This document shows, in pieces, positions 39,214-49,798 of a stretch of DNA of 64,000 bases. The notes below the pieces were generated by a model that was not told the origin of the DNA, searched no databases, and was given only the letters and a program-made list of their open reading frames with translations. Both the position numbers and the translations under genes were made by a program. The stretch lies in sequence record NC_006883.2; one strand, given 5' to 3'. Numbering within the stretch: the stretch's first letter is position 1; every line of letters starts with the position of its first letter.

Positions 39214-42200
39214 ATGGCTGAATTTAGACTTGGCAGATTAAAATTTAACTGGCGTAGTGACTGGACTATAAGTACTGCGTATGTTATAGATGACATCATA
39301 AAGTATGGTGCAAATACTTATGTTTGTAAGAAGAATCACACTTCTGCTGGTGCTGAAGAATCTTTTTATAGCACAGATCTAACACTTAATTGGTCCTTAC
39401 ATACCGAAGGAATTGTTAATAAGGGAAGTTGGGCAGCAAATTATTGGTATAAAGTAAACGATATATTCAAATACGGTAATACTCAATATAGAGTAACTAC
39501 TGGATTTACTTCTGGTGCTACTTTTGATGAAGCTGCTACTACTACAAATGTAGTTGAGTATTTACAATCATTTAATTATGAAGATACTTGGAGTAATTCA
39601 ACACAGTATCAGGATGGAGATGTTGTAACTTACGGTGGATACACTTACGTTGCAAAGAGCGTTAATACAAATAAAGCACCTTCATATAATTTAACGAATG
39701 ATTGGGATATTATAACTACAGGATTTAGTGTAGTTGGTTATTATTCTACAACAACAGATTATAAGCAAGGTGATGTGGTTCAATATGGTGGATACACCTA
39801 TGTTGCAATTACAACTAGTACAAATACTATCCCAACAACACCAGCAAATTGGACCTTAGTTACTAAAGGTGTTTCTTGGAAAGGTAACTGGGATTCTACT
39901 GTAAAGTATGAATTAGGAGATGCTGTAAAGAGATTAAGTAATAGTTATATTGGTGTTGCTACTGTTGGTAGTTTAAACGAAGATCCTTCAACTGACGGTA
40001 CAAGTACTTATTGGAGTATGTTGGCTGAGGGTGCTGCCAACAATGTGATGACCACTCAAGGTGATATGGTCTATTACACCACTGGTTCTGCTAGATTACC
40101 TAAAGGAACTAATGGTCAAGTACTCGCTATGAGTTCTGGTGGTGTACCTAATTGGGAATCTAATAGTGTAACACATCCAGTTTTCTATGTAACAGAAGAA
40201 GGAAGTGATACTAATGATGGTTCAAATATCAGTAGAGCATTTGCCTCAGTAAGACATGCTTGTGCAAAAGCAGCTGAAACAGGAAATCCTTGTTCAGTTT
40301 ATGTAAAAGCAGGAACATATTCAGAAACACTTCCAATTGTAGTGCCACCATTTGTATCTATTGTTGGAGATAACTTAAGAACATCTAGGGTTAAACCAGG
40401 TGTTCATTATGCACATACCTTTATAAGTGGTCTTACTGGTAGTATTACGGCAGATTCTGGTGGTCCTTTTACTGCTGGTAGTGGAACAACCTACGATTCT
40501 GCAACAGGAGACCTTGTATTAGAAATTGGAACACATAGTTTAACTACTTCTAATACTATTGGTATTAATGGTAATTCATTAACATTTACTTGTTCACAGG
40601 ATAGTCATGCTACTCAGCATACTTATCCAAGACCAAAGGATCCAGTTTACAATAAAACTGATATAGCAATTATTGCAACAACTGGAACTACAATTACAGT
40701 TAGAGTTGGTAAAGGAAATGCATCTAGGCATCAAGATCTAGTATTAGCATCTGCTCCTTCTTCTGTTTCATATGGTTCTTCAATCTTTAATGGTGCTGGA
40801 ACTAAATGTGCTGTTATCTTAGATTCAGATTACGCTGAGAAGAAGATACAAATCAGATGGCTTTCTGGTGGAGAATGGACAACATCAGACGAGTGGGAAA
40901 ATGGTGGAACAGATATAGGTATTACTTCGGTTACTACAAGACCGAATGAAGAATCAACAATGTTTATGTTAAGCAACGCAACGATGCTTAAAGACTTGTT
41001 GATGGAAGATATGACTGGTTTCAGTCCAGCAGGTATCGTTACAACTATAAGTTGTAGTATTGCTGGATCAAAAGTAACTGGTAGTGAGTTATTCCCAGAC
41101 TTAGTTGGTACAACTGTAACTGGTTCTGGTGTTTCAACTGGAACAAAGGTTAGTGGATTTATTGATGCACAAACATTAGAAGTTGATATAGTTCAAAATC
41201 TTGGTGCAACTGATCTTACATTTACAGCACAACAGTATGATCCTAATAACGCACATATTAAAGGAACCTTTTGTGCTTTAAACCCAGAAAGTAGAGTTAT
41301 TAAATCACCATACGTATCAAACTGTTCTGCAAAATCAGTTAGAGGTATTGGTGCAGTCGTAGATGGTGGGGTTCATAGACAATTTGTTGATGGATCAGCA
41401 ACACCTTCTAACAAATCTATCGTGTTTGACTCATTTACAAATATTCACGATGAAGGAATGGCATTCTGGATCACAGACGGTGCTGTGGCAGAAACAGTTT
41501 CTTGTTTCACATACTATAACCATATAAGTTATGCTGCTACTCGTGGTGGAAGACTTAGATCTCTTGTTGGAAATAGTTCTTGGGGTAAGTATGGTGTTGT
41601 AAGTTCTGGATTCAGTCCACTTGAAAAAGCAAGAGAAGGTGAGATTGAAGGATTAGTTCTTCAATATGATGTAGATAGTATGAGTGGATCTGGTTTCCAA
41701 GTTGGAGAAAGAATTAGAGGTAACACTTCTGGTGCTTGGGGTTATATTAACTCAGTACAAGGAACTACTCAAGAGAAAATATATTATTCAGTAATTAGTG
41801 AAGGTCCAGTTGGAGTTGGAACAGGATTTGGACCTGGTGAAACCATTACTGCTATGACTTCAGGAACAACTGCTCCACTTCTTAATAATACAAGTGCAAA
41901 CGAGGGTCAAGCTGGTCGTATTCTTGTTCTTAGTGGATTAGGAACATCACCAACCCTTGAAGTTAATGGTAGTATTGAATTTATTACTGGATTGGGTAAC
42001 GGTGGATATAATAGCGATAATATTACTGGTGCTGATCCATTTACCTTTGTGATCTCTGGTGTGAGTCAGACAGGTCCTACTGGTAAGGGTAATGTACAGA
42101 TTGACAGAGCACAGTGGTCTACTACTGGTGCAGCACATACAGGTGGAAGTACAACGTTTGTTAAGTATCCAGTTAATATTGGTGCTTCATTTACTCTGCT

Positions 42201-43194
42201 AACTCCTGCTGCTGCTGGCGATACTACTCTCAGTACGAGTACTATTAGTGGATTCAATCCAGGTGAATATTGTTTATCACCAACTAATGAACTTTGTAAG
42301 ATTGTTAGTTTCCCAACTGCAAACTCTATGAGTGTTCAGAGAGCACAAGATGGTGCTGGTGCTGCTGTTGCATATAGTATTGGTGACATCTTTACTTCAA
42401 TTGGAACAACTAGTTTTGTTACTTCAGCAGAAGTTAATAAAGATTTTACTGGTGTTTCTACTGACTTTAGAGCAACGATTTCAAATAGATTTGAGGATGC
42501 TGTTGGTGCTTATATGAAGATTGATGATGAATTTACAAAAGTAACAGGTGTTACTACTGATACTTACGGTACTACTACAGTAACTCTTGTTGAAGAAAAG
42601 GCTGCTAAATCCTTTGATGAACAGGATATTAAGATCCGCTACATCTTCAGTCAGGCAAGATTAACTGGACATGACTTCTTACAAGTAGGAACTGGTGGAA
42701 CATACACAACTAATTGGCCTGATGTTCCTTCACAAGATCCAGTTCAGACACAGGAAATTACAGAAGACTTCCCAGGAAGGGTATTCTATGTTTCTACTGA
42801 TGAACAAGGTAACTTTAGGGTTGGTAAGTACTTCCGTGTTAACCAGGCAACTGGTGCTGCAACGTTGAATGCTAACAGTTTCGATCTATCTGGTTTGACC
42901 TCAATTCGATTGGGTTCAATCGGTGCTCAGTTAGGTGCTCAAGTTAATGAGTTCTCAACTGATGGAACTATGGCACAAAATAGTAATGAGAAAGTGCCAA
43001 CACAGGCTGCGGTTAGAACTTATGTTGCTACTAGAGATGCAGAGCATCTTGTAATGGCACAAAACGCAGCAAACTTGGGTATAGCAACTGCATTAGCACA
43101 CGCTAACGCTGGTATAGCAACTTTAAGAACTGATGCAAACACTGAGTTCAGATCAGGAGTTCAGGTATCTGAATTCTTTGTTGGGCAAATCTAA
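39214..43194 (+). CDS. Large virion structural protein (1326 aa)
   Basis: N-terminal carbohydrate-binding-like repeats (W...T.Y..GDVV.YGGYTYVA) followed by a beta-helix-like region. Confidence 0.8.
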   Translation: MAEFRLGRLKFNWRSDWTISTAYVIDDIIKYGANTYVCKKNHTSAGAEESFYSTDLTLNWSLHTEGIVNKGSWAANYWYKVNDIFKYGNTQYRVTTGFTSGATFDEAATTTNVVEYLQSFNYEDTWSNSTQYQDGDVVTYGGYTYVAKSVNTNKAPSYNLTNDWDIITTGFSVVGYYSTTTDYKQGDVVQYGGYTYVAITTSTNTIPTTPANWTLVTKGVSWKGNWDSTVKYELGDAVKRLSNSYIGVATVGSLNEDPSTDGTSTYWSMLAEGAANNVMTTQGDMVYYTTGSARLPKGTNGQVLAMSSGGVPNWESNSVTHPVFYVTEEGSDTNDGSNISRAFASVRHACAKAAETGNPCSVYVKAGTYSETLPIVVPPFVSIVGDNLRTSRVKPGVHYAHTFISGLTGSITADSGGPFTAGSGTTYDSATGDLVLEIGTHSLTTSNTIGINGNSLTFTCSQDSHATQHTYPRPKDPVYNKTDIAIIATTGTTITVRVGKGNASRHQDLVLASAPSSVSYGSSIFNGAGTKCAVILDSDYAEKKIQIRWLSGGEWTTSDEWENGGTDIGITSVTTRPNEESTMFMLSNATMLKDLLMEDMTGFSPAGIVTTISCSIAGSKVTGSELFPDLVGTTVTGSGVSTGTKVSGFIDAQTLEVDIVQNLGATDLTFTAQQYDPNNAHIKGTFCALNPESRVIKSPYVSNCSAKSVRGIGAVVDGGVHRQFVDGSATPSNKSIVFDSFTNIHDEGMAFWITDGAVAETVSCFTYYNHISYAATRGGRLRSLVGNSSWGKYGVVSSGFSPLEKAREGEIEGLVLQYDVDSMSGSGFQVGERIRGNTSGAWGYINSVQGTTQEKIYYSVISEGPVGVGTGFGPGETITAMTSGTTAPLLNNTSANEGQAGRILVLSGLGTSPTLEVNGSIEFITGLGNGGYNSDNITGADPFTFVISGVSQTGPTGKGNVQIDRAQWSTTGAAHTGGSTTFVKYPVNIGASFTLLTPAAAGDTTLSTSTISGFNPGEYCLSPTNELCKIVSFPTANSMSVQRAQDGAGAAVAYSIGDIFTSIGTTSFVTSAEVNKDFTGVSTDFRATISNRFEDAVGAYMKIDDEFTKVTGVTTDTYGTTTVTLVEEKAAKSFDEQDIKIRYIFSQARLTGHDFLQVGTGGTYTTNWPDVPSQDPVQTQEITEDFPGRVFYVSTDEQGNFRVGKYFRVNQATGAATLNANSFDLSGLTSIRLGSIGAQLGAQVNEFSTDGTMAQNSNEKVPTQAAVRTYVATRDAEHLVMAQNAANLGIATALAHANAGIATLRTDANTEFRSGVQVSEFFVGQI

Positions 43195-43213
43195 AGAGAG
43201 TATATCTATAAAT

Positions 43214-43221
43214 TATAAATA
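43214..43221 (+). promoter_or_regulatory. T4-type late promoter
   Basis: TATAAATA. Confidence 0.75.
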
Positions 43222-43246
43222 ATCAAGACAAAGGAAAGTTTAAACA

Positions 43247-43567
43247 ATGGCATCTGGTATTTTAGGACAGTCTGCGTTGGGTGCGAGCTCTAATACTACA
43301 GTATATACAGTTCCTGCATCAACTCACGCTGTTGTCAATGTAAGTATATTGAATCGATCAAGTTCATCTGCTTCTACAGTAAGACTTGCTATTTCTGCAA
43401 CAGGTTCTCCTGGTAATGCAGAATGGATTGAATATGGTGTATCTGTTCCTAAAGGTGCTGTTCTTGAAAGAACTGCAATATCTTTGAATGCAGGTAAAAA
43501 TGTAGTCGCTTGGGCATCTGGTTCAGATTGCAGTGTAAGTGTCTATGGTATTGAACAAGCAGTTTAA
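43247..43567 (+). CDS. Small beta-sandwich structural protein
   Basis: TTVYTVPA...ISLNAGKNVVAWAS...VYGIE. Confidence 0.7.
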   Translation: MASGILGQSALGASSNTTVYTVPASTHAVVNVSILNRSSSSASTVRLAISATGSPGNAEWIEYGVSVPKGAVLERTAISLNAGKNVVAWASGSDCSVSVYGIEQAV

Positions 43568-43579
43568 TAGGTATCTAAC

Positions 43580-43855
43580 ATGGGAAGATTTGTAGGTCTT
43601 AGTATAAACAAAGGAAAAGGTGGTGGTGGTGGAACCATTGTTGGAACTGATTCTTTTACAAGGGCATCAGGTATTACTACTAATGCTGCTAATAACGTAA
43701 CAGCTATTACGTTGGGTGACAATAATTATAGTAATATTGCATATAATGCATCCAATCTTATAACATCCTATACTGAAAGTATAGGTGGTGTTGATAAAAA
43801 TTGGCAACTTACATATAATTCCGCAAATCTAGTTACAGCAATTACTGAGGTATAA
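43580..43855 (+). CDS. Small structural protein
   Basis: Internal repeat YNASNLITSYTE / YNSANLVTAITE. Confidence 0.65.
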   Translation: MGRFVGLSINKGKGGGGGTIVGTDSFTRASGITTNAANNVTAITLGDNNYSNIAYNASNLITSYTESIGGVDKNWQLTYNSANLVTAITEV

Positions 43856-43858
43856 GAA

Positions 43859-44929
43859 ATGGCAGCAGACGTATTAACCTATAATGCTCTCGCAGAAGTT
43901 AATCAAGAGTTAAAGGCTGAATCTGCAGCATTGACAGCTGCTATTACTGCTGCTGAAAGTGGTGGTGGCGGTGGTGGAGCCGCAGAAACCACTACTCAAG
44001 CAATAATGAAGAATGCATATAGTCCAAATGCTGGATTATGGTGTATGATTCCAACAGGAAGTGCTTCTTCAGAAGCAGACCCTCATGCAGGTGGTTGGAG
44101 TGGTGGTATTAAAGTATGTGATACATCAAACTATCGTAGATGTGGTTGTTGCTGTGGATGGACTGTTCCAGGTGGCGTAACTTGTGCTCGATTCCAAATT
44201 TGGGGTGCTGGTGGTGGAGCTGGAATGGGATGTTGTTGTGGTGGATCTCCTAATGGTGGATCTGGTGCATATGCGTCTGTTATTATGCCTGTAACAGCAG
44301 GTCAAACTTATACTCTTTGTGCTGGTTGTGCTTACTGTTGTTATACAGAAAGAAACCAGATGACTGCTGATGGATGTCCATCTTACGTTCAAGGTCAAGG
44401 ATTAACAAACTTCTGTGCTGAAGGTGGCGAATCTAATATTTTCTGTGAAAGAAAAACTAGATGTCATTACCAGCCAAATCAAAGTAACGTTTGTCAGTAC
44501 ATGGGTGGATGTATATGTAATAATGGTTCAGATTATTGTGAAGAAAATTCTCAAACTCCTTCTCCTGGATATCCACAGCATAGAATGGACGCAAACTTCC
44601 CTGTAGCTGCGAGTTGTAAGACTCACTATGGATCAGCGACAGGTGGAAGTGTATATGGTATACCTGGAACATTTTCATTCTGGAAACATAATCACGGATC
44701 ATATAACCAGTGCATGAAGCACGGTGGTACATATGGATTCCCACAATGTTCTTGCTGTAATGCAACTATGAATAATGAAAATACTGGATGTTGCTACCAA
44801 GCATGTTATTGTCAAGCAATGCAATGTATTCCTGGTGCTGGTGCATGGGGTTACTCAACTTGCGGTGGAGACACTACTGGGTGTGCTGACATTGGTAAAA
44901 CAGGTATGGTTTGTGTATCATACTGCTAA
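43859..44929 (+). CDS. Cys-rich, Gly-rich-domain protein (putative fibre tip/adhesin)
   Basis: WTVPGGVT.ARFQIWGAGGG Gly-rich-domain signature; 36 Cys in 356 aa by hand count. Confidence 0.7.
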   Translation: MAADVLTYNALAEVNQELKAESAALTAAITAAESGGGGGGAAETTTQAIMKNAYSPNAGLWCMIPTGSASSEADPHAGGWSGGIKVCDTSNYRRCGCCCGWTVPGGVTCARFQIWGAGGGAGMGCCCGGSPNGGSGAYASVIMPVTAGQTYTLCAGCAYCCYTERNQMTADGCPSYVQGQGLTNFCAEGGESNIFCERKTRCHYQPNQSNVCQYMGGCICNNGSDYCEENSQTPSPGYPQHRMDANFPVAASCKTHYGSATGGSVYGIPGTFSFWKHNHGSYNQCMKHGGTYGFPQCSCCNATMNNENTGCCYQACYCQAMQCIPGAGAWGYSTCGGDTTGCADIGKTGMVCVSYC

Positions 44930-44937
44930 TATATTAT

Positions 44938-44945
44938 TATAAATA
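44938..44945 (+). promoter_or_regulatory. T4-type late promoter
   Basis: TATAAATA. Confidence 0.7.
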
Positions 44946-44979
44946 ACTAAAGTAAAAAAAACAGAGATCGTAAAAAACA

Positions 44980-45657
44980 ATGGCAAACATTACATCATCT
45001 TTTACTCACCTTCTTCCTACTGAATTGTATGTCGCTGGCATCTCTACAAATATAACAGGAAGTTATACTTATGTTGGACCTGATGCGTTTGATGTATGGG
45101 TTGACAGGTCAGATGGAGAAGTAACTAAAATTGCCGTTACTACTGATCCTCCTGAAGGTGGTGATATTAGAAAAACTATTTCGGCAACGAGTCCTGATTC
45201 ATTGCCGATGGCATATGCGTTATCACATCAATTCACCGATGATTATAGTTGGCCTTACACCTATACTAATGAAACTATGGAGAATGGTGATATCTATAAG
45301 AAGATAGATAACCCAGATTTAAGAGATGCATACCAAGTTTATTGGGATTTTGCTTCAGAAAAATGGGCATTCAAGCAGATATTAAAACTATTAGTGAATG
45401 ATAATGCTGATGAAGCAAAGAGAAGAAGGGATTATGTAAAAACTTTTACAGATCAATATGATTTTGGTGATACTATTAACACTAAAGCAGATCATTATAT
45501 TGCTGGTATTGGAACATATCTAGGAAATAATCCATACTATAAGAGGTGGAAGTACATAACACTTCCAGCATCAGTAGGAACTATACCAAAAATTCCTGTT
45601 GATGTTCAAATTGAATTAAATAAAGTCTCTATTCGAGGGGTTGGGGGTGTTGTCTAA
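44980..45657 (+). CDS. Hypothetical protein between the two Cys-rich paralogs (possible assembly chaperone)
   Basis: ORF; function inferred from position only. Confidence 0.6.
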   Translation: MANITSSFTHLLPTELYVAGISTNITGSYTYVGPDAFDVWVDRSDGEVTKIAVTTDPPEGGDIRKTISATSPDSLPMAYALSHQFTDDYSWPYTYTNETMENGDIYKKIDNPDLRDAYQVYWDFASEKWAFKQILKLLVNDNADEAKRRRDYVKTFTDQYDFGDTINTKADHYIAGIGTYLGNNPYYKRWKYITLPASVGTIPKIPVDVQIELNKVSIRGVGGVV

Positions 45658-46725
45658 ATGGATGTATTAGTTTATAGTGCTCTGAATGAACAAGCTGCAC
45701 TGAAAAAAGAAATAGCTGAAAAGCAAGCCTGTTTATTTGATCTTAAACAGGATGCTAGTGCTGGTGGTGGTGCTTCTGGTTCTGCAGAATCTTGTGCTAA
45801 AGCTTGGTTAAATCGTGAAGATGGTAAAGGTGAGAAGGGGCATTGGAAAGATCCTGCTGATACAACTAAATGGCATGTTTGGGAAGGAGAAGGTTGGACT
45901 GGTGGTCTAAAAGTTTGTGATGGTACTGGTTATTATAGATGTAACTGTAGTTGTAACTGGACTGTTCCTTCTGGTGTAACAAAAGCTAGATTCCAATTAT
46001 GGGGTGCTGGTGGTGGTGCAAATAGAGGACCTTGTTGTTGTGCTCATACACCATTCGGATCTACTGGTGCTTATGCATCGGTTATTATTCCAGTAACTGC
46101 TGGTTGGACTTATTGTATGTGTACTGGTTGTGCTTATTGTTGCTATGCATATAGTCAATCTGGAGCACATAGACTAAATGGATGTCAAACTTGGGTAAGT
46201 GGATGCCACTTCTGTAATTTCTGTGCAGATGGAGGACAAGGTGGTTTAGGTGTTTGGATGTCCATGAGAGGTAACTACTGTGTTTGTAGGGTTGCTTCTG
46301 CACAAAATGATCAGTGTGGTGGGCAGATATGTTATAATGGTGGTGACTGGTGTTTCACTGGACCTAACTTTGGTGAGATATGTAATGTTCCTGGATCTCA
46401 TACTTCTGGATCTCTTTGCGATATCGCTTGTCCAACATTCGAGAATGTAATTTACGGTATTCGTGGAATATGGCCAAGTATGTGTTTCAATAGTGACCAT
46501 TATGGATGGGAAATGCATCCTCCTGTATATGGATTTGAAACTGCTACTAGATGTTGCCCTTGCTATACTAGTGGTAACTGTTGTGGATATGCGTGTAGTG
46601 CTTGGCAGAACTCTTGTTTAAGATATCCTGGTGCTGGTGGATTTGCATCACATGCTATGGGTGGTGGTACTAGTCACTGTGGTGACGTTGGTAAGTTTGG
46701 TATGGTTTGTGTATCTTGGAAATAG
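45658..46725 (+). CDS. Cys-rich, Gly-rich-domain protein, paralog of 43859..44929
   Basis: WTVPSGVTKARFQLWGAGGG, CTGCAYCCY, GD.GK.GMVCVS; 36 Cys in 355 aa by hand count. Confidence 0.7.
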   Translation: MDVLVYSALNEQAALKKEIAEKQACLFDLKQDASAGGGASGSAESCAKAWLNREDGKGEKGHWKDPADTTKWHVWEGEGWTGGLKVCDGTGYYRCNCSCNWTVPSGVTKARFQLWGAGGGANRGPCCCAHTPFGSTGAYASVIIPVTAGWTYCMCTGCAYCCYAYSQSGAHRLNGCQTWVSGCHFCNFCADGGQGGLGVWMSMRGNYCVCRVASAQNDQCGGQICYNGGDWCFTGPNFGEICNVPGSHTSGSLCDIACPTFENVIYGIRGIWPSMCFNSDHYGWEMHPPVYGFETATRCCPCYTSGNCCGYACSAWQNSCLRYPGAGGFASHAMGGGTSHCGDVGKFGMVCVSWK

Positions 46726-46749
46726 TATAATTTTTTAAATATAAAAATT

Positions 46750-46785
46750 AAAACCCTTGACTTATTCGGTTGAGGGTTTTATAAT
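46750..46785 (+). terminator. Terminator hairpin overlapping a sigma70-like promoter
   Basis: AAAACCCT..GAC-loop-GTT..AGGGTTTT; TTGACT 46757-46762, 17 bp, TATAAT 46780-46785. Confidence 0.75.
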
Positions 46786-46880
46786 GTAATGGTGTAGTGT
46801 AATCATAACCTAACACTCTTAGTTTGGTTGACTATATAAATCACCAATGATATAATATTAAACATTGAGGTTTGACTTGA

Positions 46881-47993
46881 ATGAATAAGGCGTTTTTCAT
46901 TAATGGTGGAGCAGGGCGTGTGCTTTGTTCTATTCCTGCATTAGAGAGGTTTGCAGAAACACATGACGATTTTGTAGTAGTATCTGAATCTTGGCATGAG
47001 TTATATTTAAACAGTAAAATATTACGAGAGAAGGTTTTTCCTTTTGGTCATAAAGATTTATTTGAAGATCATTTGAAAGATAAAAAGATAATATCACCTG
47101 AACCATACAGAGTAAATCAATATTTTAATCAGAAATGTAATCTCATACAAGCATTTGATATAGAGATTAATGAGTTGGATGAGATCCCAGAAACTAGAAA
47201 TATTAGTATAGATCTTAATAAAGAAGATCAAATAACTGGACATAATTTAACTGCTGAAGTAAAAGGCACTTTAGGTAAAGATAAGGTAATAGTATTTCAA
47301 CCATTTGGACAAGGTTCTAAATCTGAAGGTAATTTTATATACGATAGTAGTGGTAGAAGTTTTGAAGTTTCTAATATAATATCTCTAATTAAAGAGTTGA
47401 ATAAAAATTACGGTGTAATTATTATGACAACTATAGAAATTCCAGGATGGCAGGGAATGGGTGTTGCTTGTCCTCAAGGTTTAGGATTGAATGGTTGGAT
47501 GGGTGTTATTAACTCTGCGGATTATTTCTTAGGGTGTGACAGTATTGGGCAGCATATGGCATATGCATTAAAGAAACCTTCTACTGTTGTTATTGGATCA
47601 ACTTTTCCTGAAAATATTTCTTATCCAGATACTTCTAGATTTACTGTTATTGATAATGGAGAAGGAAGAAGACGGTATAGTCCAATAAGATTAACAATGG
47701 ATTTGAATGTTGATAGAAATAATGAAGATTTAATGGTACTAGACGATAAGAAGTTAAAAAATATTGTTAAAGGTATTAAAGATAAGATAGGTGTAAGTAA
47801 ATCAATAAATGTAGGAGTTGGGGTGACTCCTAAAGGTTCTTCTACACCAGAATTGGTATATAATAAACCCAATAAAGGAATTACACCTTCAAAGTATTCA
47901 ATCTCTCTTGATGGAGATTCAAAATCTTCAAAGAAAAAGAAAAAACCAATCGAAGAATTATTGACTTTAGAAACTAAAAAAGGATTATCTTAA
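46881..47993 (+). CDS. GT9-like (heptosyltransferase-like) glycosyltransferase
   Basis: GGAGRVLCSIPAL; IVFQPFG; INSADYFLGCDSIGQHMAYALKKPSTVVIGST matches the GT9 (ADLFIGNDSGPMHLAAA..P...FG.T) signature. Confidence 0.65.
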   Translation: MNKAFFINGGAGRVLCSIPALERFAETHDDFVVVSESWHELYLNSKILREKVFPFGHKDLFEDHLKDKKIISPEPYRVNQYFNQKCNLIQAFDIEINELDEIPETRNISIDLNKEDQITGHNLTAEVKGTLGKDKVIVFQPFGQGSKSEGNFIYDSSGRSFEVSNIISLIKELNKNYGVIIMTTIEIPGWQGMGVACPQGLGLNGWMGVINSADYFLGCDSIGQHMAYALKKPSTVVIGSTFPENISYPDTSRFTVIDNGEGRRRYSPIRLTMDLNVDRNNEDLMVLDDKKLKNIVKGIKDKIGVSKSINVGVGVTPKGSSTPELVYNKPNKGITPSKYSISLDGDSKSSKKKKKPIEELLTLETKKGLS

Positions 47994-47995
47994 TT

Positions 47996-49798
47996 ATGAG
48001 TAATATTATCTGTTCTATTTCTCGTGGACATAATGCTAGTACCACGTTGATGGTTGATGGTAAAATAATTTTTTATCTTGAGGAAGAGCGTTTATCTAGG
48101 TTTAAACGTGATGGTACTCCGTTGTTGGGGATGGCAAAAGTATATGAATATGTGGATCATATTGATCATTTAGTTGTTTGTCATACACATAGATCCGCAC
48201 CTACAGTTGATTGGACTACTGAGGATCTTTATAAATCTTGGATGAGAAAATTATGTAAGAGAAAAACTCCATATAAAATAACTTTTATTGATAGTATTCA
48301 CCATGAAATGCATTCTAATATAGCATTTATAAATTCTGGATTTGATAGTGCTGCTGCTGTCATTGCTGATGGTGCAGGAAGTTTTTTACATATTGAAGCT
48401 TTTGAAAATACAATATACGAATTTGAATCAATATATCATGTCAAGAAAGATTTAGATACTAAAACTGTGTATAAGCACTATGGAACAGACGAACCATGTG
48501 GATATATGTTATTAGATAGAGAAACCCAGAATCCAAATTTGATTATTACTGAGTTTCCTGGTATAGTGAAAGAATATGAAGCAATAACAAGATATTGTGG
48601 GTTTAATTCTATTGAAGCTGGAAAAACAATGGGTTTATCTCCATATGGAGAACCAAATCCAGAGATACCTCCAATGTTTGTGAATGGATTTGGAAATAGG
48701 AATTTATTTAAACCGAATTATCCAAATGGTGCATATGTTATAGAGGATCGATATAAAATAATTAGAGATGATTATATCTCTCATAATGGAGAAGTAGGAA
48801 CAGGAGAGTATACGCAGGTTCAAAAAGATCTAGCATATGCTATTCAGAAAGAATCTGAAGATCAAATGTGTGCTTTAATTCAAAAGGCACATGAAATGAC
48901 TGGAGAAAAGAATATTGTTATATGTGGTGGGTATGGTTTAAATTGTGTTGCTAACTATAAATTTAAGCAAAGATTTCCAAATCTAAACATATATGTTGAA
49001 CCAATTTCTCACGATGGTGGAACATCTATGGGTGGTGCTTACCATGTTTATTATAATGATTATGTAAAAACAGGGAAAGAATCTAGGAAAGTAGAACCAC
49101 CAAAAACAATATATTATGGACCTCAATATGATCCAGATACATACCTAAATTATATTCATGAGTATCCAAGTGCTAAAGTTACTGATGCTTCATATGATAG
49201 TGTTGCTAGGTTAATTCGTGAAGGTAATATTGTAACTATCTTCCAAGGTAGATCGGAAGCAGGTCCTAGAGCACTTGGAAATAGATCTATTCTATTTGAT
49301 CCTACTATTAAAGATGGTAAGGACATAGTTAATAGTGTAAAACATCGGGAGTTCTTTAGACCATTTGCGTGTTCTATTCTTGCAGATAAGGTTCATGATT
49401 GGTTTGATCTTGCTGGTATGGATGATTCTCCAAGTATGATGTATGCTGTAGATGCTTTACCTGGAGTTGCAGAGAAGATTCCATCAGTAATACATGTTGA
49501 TAATACTTGTAGAATTCAGACAGTTACTAAAGAGCAAAATGAACATTATTATAATTTGATTAGTGCTTTTGAAAAACTTTCCAACACGCCTATATTATTC
49601 AATACATCATTTAATTTGGGTGGAGATCCTTTAGTTGAAGATATTGATGATGCATTAGATACACTATCAACTAGTGATATTAATTATATGTATTTGCCTG
49701 AAATTCAAAAGTTAGTTGAACTAAAAACTAGGGAAATGCAAGATACAAGACAACAACCTATTAATATACTAACGGAAACTGCTGATACTAAATTATAA
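47996..49798 (+). CDS. Carbamoyltransferase (NodU/CmcH family)
   Basis: EEERLSRFK, HHEMH, GKTMGLSPYG, GGYGLNCVAN, GRSEAGPRALGNRSIL, KHREFFRPFA, NTSFN. Confidence 0.92.
   Translation: MSNIICSISRGHNASTTLMVDGKIIFYLEEERLSRFKRDGTPLLGMAKVYEYVDHIDHLVVCHTHRSAPTVDWTTEDLYKSWMRKLCKRKTPYKITFIDSIHHEMHSNIAFINSGFDSAAAVIADGAGSFLHIEAFENTIYEFESIYHVKKDLDTKTVYKHYGTDEPCGYMLLDRETQNPNLIITEFPGIVKEYEAITRYCGFNSIEAGKTMGLSPYGEPNPEIPPMFVNGFGNRNLFKPNYPNGAYVIEDRYKIIRDDYISHNGEVGTGEYTQVQKDLAYAIQKESEDQMCALIQKAHEMTGEKNIVICGGYGLNCVANYKFKQRFPNLNIYVEPISHDGGTSMGGAYHVYYNDYVKTGKESRKVEPPKTIYYGPQYDPDTYLNYIHEYPSAKVTDASYDSVARLIREGNIVTIFQGRSEAGPRALGNRSILFDPTIKDGKDIVNSVKHREFFRPFACSILADKVHDWFDLAGMDDSPSMMYAVDALPGVAEKIPSVIHVDNTCRIQTVTKEQNEHYYNLISAFEKLSNTPILFNTSFNLGGDPLVEDIDDALDTLSTSDINYMYLPEIQKLVELKTREMQDTRQQPINILTETADTKL

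Noticed and set aside
43859-46725. Selenocysteine or stop-codon recoding to explain the Cys-rich genes
   Set aside because: Cys is encoded by ordinary TGT/TGC, there are no in-frame stops, and known genes in the window end at expected lengths under code 11
34824-46725. Diversity-generating retroelement acting on fibre tips
   Set aside because: No reverse transcriptase and no near-identical TR/VR pair differing at adenines was seen in this window
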